This document shows, piece by piece, positions 56,858 to 64,000 of a DNA stretch of 64,000 bases. A program made the translations under genes and the position numbers. The stretch comes from Oligoflexales bacterium. GTDB taxonomy: Bacteria; Bdellovibrionota_B; Oligoflexia; Oligoflexales; CAIYRB01. The stretch is taken from positions 1 to 64,000 of the forward strand of contig JBGSUI010000219.1 in the NCBI GenBank assembly GCA_041736175.1, read 5' to 3'. The notes below the pieces were generated by a model. The model was not told where the DNA came from. It did no database searches and saw nothing but the letters and a program-made list of their open reading frames with translations. The number at the start of each line of letters is the position of its first letter. The first letter of the stretch is position 1.

Positions 56858-59116
56858 ATGGATCATTTTATGAATTTTCGATTCATTCCGGCGCTTTTAC
56901 TATGCCTTACCCTTAAGACCGACCTCGCTTTAGGCCAAAATTACGGAATCGAGGGGGTCCTAAAGACGCTCCCCGAATCCTCTAAAAAGTGGCTCCCTTG
57001 GATCATGGTCGGAAAAGATCACTTACGCTGTCCCTACAACCCTTATGCCTCGAGCTACGAGTGTGCTTGGTTCAGCAGGCTTTCCCTAAATCTCAATAGT
57101 TCCGGTGGAAATTTTAGCTTTAGCGCTGATACTTTTACCGACACCTCGATCCCCCTTCCCGGTGGGATTAAGCATTGGCCCTTTAACGTCACGGTCAACG
57201 GCACTCCTGTGGCCGTCACAACCAAGTCTAAAAATCCTTCGCTTGTCTTGGGTCCAGGAAGTGGCCAACAGATTTCAGGCCAGTTCACCTGGAAGGCTCT
57301 ACCTGATAGTGTCAAGATCCCGCAGATCATTCCTCTAGTTCGATTGACTCTTAATGACATCGATGTCCCGAATCCTAAACTAGGTTCTGATGGAGAACTG
57401 TGGCTAGGACAAACTTCTAAAGACGACTTATCAGACAAAGACAGTGCCAGCCTTTCGGTCTACCGTCTTTACGAGGATTCAATCCCAGCACTGTTAAAAA
57501 CAAAATTGGATCTTGAAGTCAGTGGAAAAACAAGAGAGCTATTGATTGGCCCCATCCTGCCAGCGGGTTTTAACGTATTATCGATCACGTCAAAACTCCC
57601 CGTTCAGTGGACTCCCGAAGGAAAGATTCGAGTCAGGACCTACACCGGCAAACATAGCATCGAAGTGGTTGGTCGAACGCTTCAAAAAACAGATCAAATC
57701 GAAGTACCCACTTCTTCCGACCCCCTCTGGCCTAAAAGAGAGTTATGGGCCATCCAACAAGACCCCGACCATCGTGAGCTTGCTATCGACCTTTTATCCA
57801 TCGACCCAACCCAGACAACCTTTCCAAACGAATGGAAAAAAAATGCGATCTACGCCTTAGAACAGGGTCATAAGATCCTCTTTAACCCAAAAGACCCCTC
57901 CCTCTCAGCCAGTAGCTCCCTAGATCAACTCAACATCCAGCGTGATCTTTGGCTTGACTCCAGCGGCAAAGGCTACAGCATCAGAGACGTTATTTCTGGA
58001 AACCTTCTCCATTCATGGCGGATAGATGTGCTGGATGATTATAGTCTCGGCAAAGCTTCTATTAACAACGACAATATCCTGGTCACTCAATATAATGGAA
58101 AAAAGGGGGTAGAGGTCCGGGACTCCAATCTCCTTCTCAACACCGAAGGACGAATCAACAGTGACAGCAGAGAAATTTCTCCAACAGGGTGGCAGGTTGC
58201 CTTTGATAAGGTGAGTGTTAATCTAAATCTCCCTCCAGGCTGGAAACTGATTACAGTCACGGGTGCCGATAGCATCAGCGAATCTTGGCTGAAACACTGG
58301 AATCTTATGAATATCTTTATTTTATGCCTGATCACTTTAGGAACTGCAAAAATCCTCGGAGTTTTTCCTGGAATCATCGCTTTTGTAACCTTGCTCCTTT
58401 TAATTCCCGAATACAACGCTCCACGCTGGATTTGGATGGTATTGATCTCTTTGGTTGCCTTTCACCGGGTTTTTCCCACAACCGGTCACTGGCGCCGGCT
58501 ACTCCTGGGCACTGAAATCCTCGCTATTATTGCGTTTGCCTTAATGTTAATCGATTTTTCCATCGATCATCTGCGCTTTGGTCTCCACCCTATCCTCGAA
58601 AAGCCTGTTAACACCATGGCTGACTCCATAGACGACGCTGTGTCGATGCTCCAGTCTCCACCTCTCCCGATCCAAGAGTTGGCTGCTCCTGAAGCCCGTG
58701 ACCTTGCGGAAACTCCTCCTGTACCCCTGTCTCCTGCTCCTGCCGAAAGTCCCTCGATTGCTCTAGCACCTTTACCGCTTGAAAACCAAATAAAGCGCAA
58801 AGCAATCTCTAAAGCTGCTAAGGAGTATTTTGGCTCATCACAACAACAGGATCGTAGTATCGAAATCTACTCAGCCAAATCCACTATTCAAACCGGATTT
58901 GGTATTCCTGATAGGACTTGGAACAGAATATCCCTCAACTGGGATGGTCCAGTTTCTCCCAAACATAAAATCCAACTTTTTCTGATTCCTCCTTTAGTCC
59001 ATGGCATCCTAAGCTTTTTGCGTGTCTTTTTAATGATACTTTTAGGTTACATTATTCTCTACAGGGGCTTTTTGTCTCCTTTTGATCAATTATCCAAGCG
59101 AGATCAACATGCTTAA
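56858..59116 (+). CDS. Large exported/membrane hypothetical protein, part 1
   Basis: Signal peptide, long beta-rich periplasmic region, multi-TM C-terminal block. Confidence 0.8.
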   Translation: MDHFMNFRFIPALLLCLTLKTDLALGQNYGIEGVLKTLPESSKKWLPWIMVGKDHLRCPYNPYASSYECAWFSRLSLNLNSSGGNFSFSADTFTDTSIPLPGGIKHWPFNVTVNGTPVAVTTKSKNPSLVLGPGSGQQISGQFTWKALPDSVKIPQIIPLVRLTLNDIDVPNPKLGSDGELWLGQTSKDDLSDKDSASLSVYRLYEDSIPALLKTKLDLEVSGKTRELLIGPILPAGFNVLSITSKLPVQWTPEGKIRVRTYTGKHSIEVVGRTLQKTDQIEVPTSSDPLWPKRELWAIQQDPDHRELAIDLLSIDPTQTTFPNEWKKNAIYALEQGHKILFNPKDPSLSASSSLDQLNIQRDLWLDSSGKGYSIRDVISGNLLHSWRIDVLDDYSLGKASINNDNILVTQYNGKKGVEVRDSNLLLNTEGRINSDSREISPTGWQVAFDKVSVNLNLPPGWKLITVTGADSISESWLKHWNLMNIFILCLITLGTAKILGVFPGIIAFVTLLLLIPEYNAPRWIWMVLISLVAFHRVFPTTGHWRRLLLGTEILAIIAFALMLIDFSIDHLRFGLHPILEKPVNTMADSIDDAVSMLQSPPLPIQELAAPEARDLAETPPVPLSPAPAESPSIALAPLPLENQIKRKAISKAAKEYFGSSQQQDRSIEIYSAKSTIQTGFGIPDRTWNRISLNWDGPVSPKHKIQLFLIPPLVHGILSFLRVFLMILLGYIILYRGFLSPFDQLSKRDQHA

Positions 59117-61076
59117 TCAGATTTTTTTTAGATTCCTATTAGTAATCTCAATAACATGGTGTTTTGGTGTCAGCCCTCCTCCACCCCCCTCATCTTTTTC
59201 AAGTCCAGCCTCGGACGAACTCAGTCGCGAACTGCGCCTTGAGATCGAAAATAGACTGAAAGAAACTCCCCCCTGTGGCCTAAATTGTGCTGACCTAGAG
59301 AGCCTAAAGGTGGAGGTTGCAGACAACAAGATCTATCTTATACTGCGCTACCATGTCATGAGCCCTTCCAGCATCCCTTTACCTATTAGTCCTGAAGGTC
59401 TCAATCCAGACGTCATCGAGCTCAACAACAGTCCGGTCCAACTCATCAAGGGGAACGATCACAAAGTCTATGCTCACCTTCTAAAAGGGATCCACAACAT
59501 TAAGATCGCCGCCCCACTGCCTGTTTCTGATTTGTTTACGATCAATCTACCAATGATACCCAAACATGCTGAAGTAATCGCCGAGAAACATCAAGTTCTA
59601 GGGATCAACGAAGACGGAAAAATACAAAACAATATCCAATTCTTGAAAAAAGGAGAATTTAGCGAAAATAAATCTTCCCAACAACTCATTGCACCGCTCC
59701 TTAGGGTCACCCGAGACCTCTATTTGGGTCTCGAAAGCAGAGTGGTGACCACCATTGAGAGGGTTAGTCCATTAGGAAATCCCATCGTAGCTGAGGTCAG
59801 ACTGCTGCCTGGGGAAGAGGTTATTTCACAAGACATCCGTATCCAAAATCGCAAGGCCCAAGTATCGCTCAACCCTCAGGAGGCGGGAACAAGCTGGTCT
59901 AGTAGACTCAATACGGCAGAATCCATTGAACTCTCAGCCGAAACCGATGGTGCCGTAGAAGTTTGGCGCCTTAAGGTCACACCCCTTTGGCACCTCAATA
60001 TCGAACACTCCTCCGTTCTACAGCTGCGACGATCTGCAGGCAATGGGTTTGACCCGGTTTTCAAACCATGGCCTGGCGAAAAAGTGGTTTTGAAACTCAA
60101 CCAACCGGAGGCAGTAAATGCCCCCTCATTTACCATCGAAGCAAGCCAGCTAACCATCGTACCTGGCATCCGTAACCGGGATATCAACCTTAAGATTACC
60201 GCAAGCGCAAGCCGTGGCCTCCAACATCCTATAGAAGTGCCAGCACAATGGACGTTGGTTAAATCCTCGATCAACAATGACCCTACCCCCATTAGCCGTG
60301 CTGGAAAAGCGCTTACCTTGCCTTTTTTACCTGGTAGAACCGTCGTCGATCTGGATTTTAGAGAGGAAGCGGATTTTCCAATGTTTTTTGAATCACCAAA
60401 CGTAAATCTCGGCAGTCCATCGGTCAATGGGGAATACAAAGTAGTCTTACCCCAATCCCGATGGTTGCTTTGGACTAAGAGCCTGGGGTGGGGGCCTGTT
60501 GTCCTGTTTTGGAGTCAGATTGCTGTAGCAGCGGTAATCGCAACGATCTTTTACATGTCCCATCTGACTCCCTTAGCTCTCGTTTCTTGGATCCTTATGA
60601 CAATCGGTCTTACCCAATCAAGCCCTTTAGCCATGGCCATTCCTGGTATCACATTTTGCCTTGTTGGCATCAGAAACCGATATCCACCTCACCAACCCCT
60701 TGCCTTTAACCTATTCCAATTGGTATTGGTGGCAGCTATTGTCGCCAGCATTTTTGTGATCTACCAATCCATCTCTCGAGGACTCCTTGGAGTTCCCTCG
60801 ATGTATGTGCTGGGCAACAACTCCAACAGTTTCCAACTGAATTGGTACCAAGACAAAATCGATGCCCTACTTCCTCCCATTTCCTTTGTCTCACTGCCTA
60901 TCATGATCTACCGAGGAGTGATGCTAGCTTGGTCCCTATGGCTTGCTACCTCTATGATCCGATGGGCCTCGTGGATTTGGAGCAGTCTAAGCAAAGACCA
61001 GTTTTGGAAAAAGACAAAAGCAAAGCAAATAGCCGTAAATACCTCCAATGCTTCTGCCGATCTACCAAAAACCTAA
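59109..61076 (+). CDS. Large exported/membrane hypothetical protein, part 2 (similar architecture to part 1)
   Basis: ATG at 59109 overlaps the previous stop; own signal peptide; PPCGLNC; beta-rich region then multiple TMs. Confidence 0.8.
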   Translation: MLNQIFFRFLLVISITWCFGVSPPPPPSSFSSPASDELSRELRLEIENRLKETPPCGLNCADLESLKVEVADNKIYLILRYHVMSPSSIPLPISPEGLNPDVIELNNSPVQLIKGNDHKVYAHLLKGIHNIKIAAPLPVSDLFTINLPMIPKHAEVIAEKHQVLGINEDGKIQNNIQFLKKGEFSENKSSQQLIAPLLRVTRDLYLGLESRVVTTIERVSPLGNPIVAEVRLLPGEEVISQDIRIQNRKAQVSLNPQEAGTSWSSRLNTAESIELSAETDGAVEVWRLKVTPLWHLNIEHSSVLQLRRSAGNGFDPVFKPWPGEKVVLKLNQPEAVNAPSFTIEASQLTIVPGIRNRDINLKITASASRGLQHPIEVPAQWTLVKSSINNDPTPISRAGKALTLPFLPGRTVVDLDFREEADFPMFFESPNVNLGSPSVNGEYKVVLPQSRWLLWTKSLGWGPVVLFWSQIAVAAVIATIFYMSHLTPLALVSWILMTIGLTQSSPLAMAIPGITFCLVGIRNRYPPHQPLAFNLFQLVLVAAIVASIFVIYQSISRGLLGVPSMYVLGNNSNSFQLNWYQDKIDALLPPISFVSLPIMIYRGVMLAWSLWLATSMIRWASWIWSSLSKDQFWKKTKAKQIAVNTSNASADLPKT

Positions 61077-61090
61077 ACTGACCTATTGTC

Positions 61091-61117
61091 TCAATTTAAT
61101 TGGAGTAGGTCCGATAA
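61091..61117 (+). promoter_or_regulatory. Putative sigma28 promoter of the MCP gene
   Basis: TCAA-N15-TCCGATAA, followed by a GGAGG RBS. Confidence 0.65.
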
Positions 61118-61144
61118 GTCATCGAAGTTGGAGGACCTTAGATC

Positions 61145-62851
61145 ATGGACAGTAAAAACTTAAAACACGGTGCTATCGTTGGCTCGATCAGCTTAATTCT
61201 AACTCTTGTAGTGATCACGGGAGAGATTCTCAACGCACCTATCTATGTGACGGCTACTTTCGCAGTCGCAACTTGGATTGCGGGGCTTGTAGGTGCGATC
61301 TTTTATCCTAAAACCATTATTCAGACGTCGGCTGATCAATCAGTCGATAAATACATAGAAGAAATTGCTAGACTTAAAAGAGAGATGGAATCTCTTAAGC
61401 AAGCCTCCTCAAAAAAGACCCTGCCCAGCGATTCTCGACTTGAAGAAGCCCGAAAAGAAGCTGAGATTCTCCGTAAAGAGCAAGAATCAAAAAATCAAGA
61501 GCATAGTTCTAAATTGTTTAGCCTCCAAAGGGAAATCGATAACCTTAAGTTCCAGCTTACCAACGAACGGAAAGCAAAAGACCAGCTAACAGAAGAGACT
61601 GCCAAATTAAAGCTAGCCCATTCTGGAAATACCTCGACCGAACTTGAACGTTTGGTAACCACTCTCCAGAATTCTAGACGCATGATCGAAAACAGACTTA
61701 ACGAACGAGATGAATATATCGTCGCAGTCCAAAGTCTGATGAGACGCATTGGCGAGCTTGTTCCAAGAATCGAAGAGCAGCTATCTCGGGTCGTACAGCA
61801 TACGGAATCCAGCGCAATAGAGATTGGAGATAAAGTCAAGTATATCTATGAAAAGGCACAAGAGCATCTTGCAGAATCCAACGAGATCAGTAAACAATTT
61901 TCTGGAAAGTCTGTCGTTGACTCCGACGGCAAAGAACGTCCATCCCTCTCTTCCGTGCTTTCGAGATCCCTCCAACTCCTAAAAGAAATGACTGAAATGC
62001 TCGAAGAAAATAGCAAACTCAACATTGAGTATTCTAAATCGATCGAGGTCATCCTAGAGAACACCGCGACCATCAATAAGATCACCGAAGATATCCAGTA
62101 TATATCTGACCAAACCAACCTTTTAGCACTCAATGCCGCCATCGAAGCTGCCCGCGCTGGGGAGCATGGTCGAGGATTTAGCGTCGTCGCCGAAGAGGTG
62201 CGCAAACTGTCCGACCGGACCAATCAGGCTTCAAGCGACATCACGCAAATCGTCGGTAAAGTCAATGACTCTGTAGCTCAGATTTCCAGGTCTTTGACAG
62301 ATAACTTGCAAAAAACTACTACAAAAAAAGAACACGTCGACAATGCGGTCCAGTCCCTTGTAGGTTCCGCCAAAGACTCGACCACGGTCTTTAGTAAGCT
62401 GGTCGATGGGGCAGTCGTCTCCTCTGAATCTGTCGCTCACAATATCGATCAGATTATCTTAAGCCTCCAGTTTCAGGACGTCACCAGGCAGGAGATTGAA
62501 GGTGCGCTAACTCCCCTTAAAAACATTGGCTCCATCGCCGACGACCTGGTCAATCGATCAGATACCGCCCAAGACGCTGATAGCCAGCTAGCAGACGCTC
62601 CCTCCTCGGCTTCCGGAAACATCCAAGAAAAGCCCATCGAAACCAGAAAAGTCGCCCAAGTCCAAGATCTAAAAGAAAAGCAAGTTCCCGCTAAAGCTTC
62701 AAATATCAAGATTGTTCCGAGCGCTGCCACCTCCCCTAAACCCGCTCCCAAGCCAAAAGAATCACCCGCGGCCGCACCCGATACAGCCAAAACCAGTGAG
62801 AGCGAAGAGGACGATAAAAACCTCACCTCGGGCGAAGTCGTTTTCTTTTGA
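61145..62851 (+). CDS. Methyl-accepting chemotaxis protein
   Basis: [38 protein letters not shown]; two adjacent N-terminal TMs. Confidence 0.95.
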   Translation: MDSKNLKHGAIVGSISLILTLVVITGEILNAPIYVTATFAVATWIAGLVGAIFYPKTIIQTSADQSVDKYIEEIARLKREMESLKQASSKKTLPSDSRLEEARKEAEILRKEQESKNQEHSSKLFSLQREIDNLKFQLTNERKAKDQLTEETAKLKLAHSGNTSTELERLVTTLQNSRRMIENRLNERDEYIVAVQSLMRRIGELVPRIEEQLSRVVQHTESSAIEIGDKVKYIYEKAQEHLAESNEISKQFSGKSVVDSDGKERPSLSSVLSRSLQLLKEMTEMLEENSKLNIEYSKSIEVILENTATINKITEDIQYISDQTNLLALNAAIEAARAGEHGRGFSVVAEEVRKLSDRTNQASSDITQIVGKVNDSVAQISRSLTDNLQKTTTKKEHVDNAVQSLVGSAKDSTTVFSKLVDGAVVSSESVAHNIDQIILSLQFQDVTRQEIEGALTPLKNIGSIADDLVNRSDTAQDADSQLADAPSSASGNIQEKPIETRKVAQVQDLKEKQVPAKASNIKIVPSAATSPKPAPKPKESPAAAPDTAKTSESEEDDKNLTSGEVVFF

Positions 62852-62866
62852 GAATACACCGTCGGG

Positions 62867-64000
62867 TTATTGCCACAGTTGCTCGAACTCTGTTTTGTTT
62901 GGATCTAATCTTTGTTTCGCAAATCTCACTTCGATAGAGTCCTCGGGCGCCCTCGCTATGATTTGCCTCCAAAGATTTTGGGCCTCGGATTTCATTCCTT
63001 TATTGTACAAAATTTCGCTCATGGTCCAAATCCAGTTTAAGTAGCCCGCTACCATAGGCCAGTCCACTCGGTTAAGGATCTTTTTGTAAGTGACTTCTAA
63101 ATGAGCAGCATTGAGTTTGGTCTCAAGGTCAACCAAAGAGATTGCACAAGACTCGTCATTTTTAAACAATTCAGGCATTTGTGACTTGACCAATGCATCG
63201 AGAGATTTATTGATATCTTCCAATGTGATCCCAGTATTTTTACCTATTTTTAGAAATTCATAAGACTGGGACAAGAGAGGAAAGATCCTATCACACTTTA
63301 GATTTGGATTCTTTTCGGACCATTTTTCATAAAGTCGCAAAATCCACAAGGAATGTTCAATACCGCTTTTGGTTTGTTTGATCTGGTCGATCAAGGCAAA
63401 GGCCGTCTGGGTTGGTGATGCCATCCAGTTTTGGTTTGCTGCCTCGCGGATTAGATTTTCTAAATTAGACTTCCAGGTTTTTTTGTGTTTCACGGCTATT
63501 TTTTCGCTATCGATCGCTTCGGCGAGGACAGTTATTCTTAGCAAAAGATCCTCATCATCAGCAATTGATCTAGGCAAAAACCTCCAAAAACTCATGGCCT
63601 GGGGAGACCTCCCCGTAAGGGCATAGGCACGAAATAGCTTTAATCCTATGGCCCCATCCACATGACGAAAAAGCAGCGCCTTATTTTTTTCATAAAACTC
63701 TGTGGCCGAATAGAAATCACCGTCTAAGAAATATTTTTCGAGCCTAGATGCCTGGTATGATTTTAGGGGAATCACGAATGAATTCAGAAACTTTGATTCT
63801 GGGTAAGATTCCGAAAATTTTTTAACCCTTTCGAGCATCTCGGGAGTTCTTTCCCGCGTTGTATAGGATCCTACTTGGCAGGCCCAGCCTAGCTCTACTA
63901 AAACTGGCGGGAGTTCCGGATCCTTTTTTGCTTCTTCGATATCCATTCGAGCATGGGAGATATTTTTGCCCGTATAATAAGGCAAGTTAAGGCATGACTC
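62867..64000 (-). CDS. Helical/TPR-like hypothetical protein, 5'-truncated by the window edge
   Basis: Frame stays open to position 64000; C-terminal TPR-like AQNLWRQII..APEDS.E.RFAKQRL. Confidence 0.7.
   Translation of the reverse strand, partial: ESCLNLPYYTGKNISHARMDIEEAKKDPELPPVLVELGWACQVGSYTTRERTPEMLERVKKFSESYPESKFLNSFVIPLKSYQASRLEKYFLDGDFYSATEFYEKNKALLFRHVDGAIGLKLFRAYALTGRSPQAMSFWRFLPRSIADDEDLLLRITVLAEAIDSEKIAVKHKKTWKSNLENLIREAANQNWMASPTQTAFALIDQIKQTKSGIEHSLWILRLYEKWSEKNPNLKCDRIFPLLSQSYEFLKIGKNTGITLEDINKSLDALVKSQMPELFKNDESCAISLVDLETKLNAAHLEVTYKKILNRVDWPMVAGYLNWIWTMSEILYNKGMKSEAQNLWRQIIARAPEDSIEVRFAKQRLDPNKTEFEQLWQ

Noticed and set aside
61086..61093. TTGTCTCA as a third copy of the ECF promoter motif
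   Set aside because: Lacks the ACTTA element at 16 bp and points antisense into a gene end
1..64000. CRISPR array, tRNA/rRNA genes, transposases/integrases, and the many short overlapping ORFs in the track
   Set aside because: No regularly spaced repeats, RNA-gene signatures or recombinase motifs seen by eye; the short ORFs are shadows of longer supported genes

Overview
Bacterial chromosomal window. The gene content (sigma54/sigma28 flagellar hierarchy, PilZ, TPR-PEGA and ChaN-like proteins, many exported proteins) suggests Bdellovibrionota/Oligoflexia or a related deltaproteobacterial lineage; this is inference. Bases 1-6.4 kb form an accessory RNA-damage/repair island: Pnkp-Hen1, a Panacea/DUF4065-like relic, a three-gene DUF4160-DUF2442-degenerate DUF4160 toxin-antitoxin-like cassette, and two strongly structured intergenic segments. 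Bases 6.4-12.8 kb hold the best candidate for an undescribed system: ECF sigma factor, membrane anti-sigma-like protein, exported caspase-like protease with a probable C-terminal beta-barrel, a lipoprotein, and a secreted Pro-rich protein. An identical bipartite motif (TGAGACAAA-N16-ACTTA) precedes both the sigma gene and the secreted-protein gene. The rest is mostly housekeeping and envelope genes (O-antigen ligase-like, ogt, sua5, MBOAT/SGNH, hldE, fabI, gpx, glpK, fmt, purN, ispA). It also has a sigma54-driven flgBC-fliEF-fliHIJ-motE operon lacking fliG, a parA-parB pair with two permuted-parS-like palindromes, a PilZ-CBS histidine kinase, a MauG/MbnH-like di-heme protein, a split giant membrane protein and an MCP. 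No rRNA, tRNA, CRISPR array or intact transposase was recognised. All family assignments come from motif recognition by eye, not database searches.
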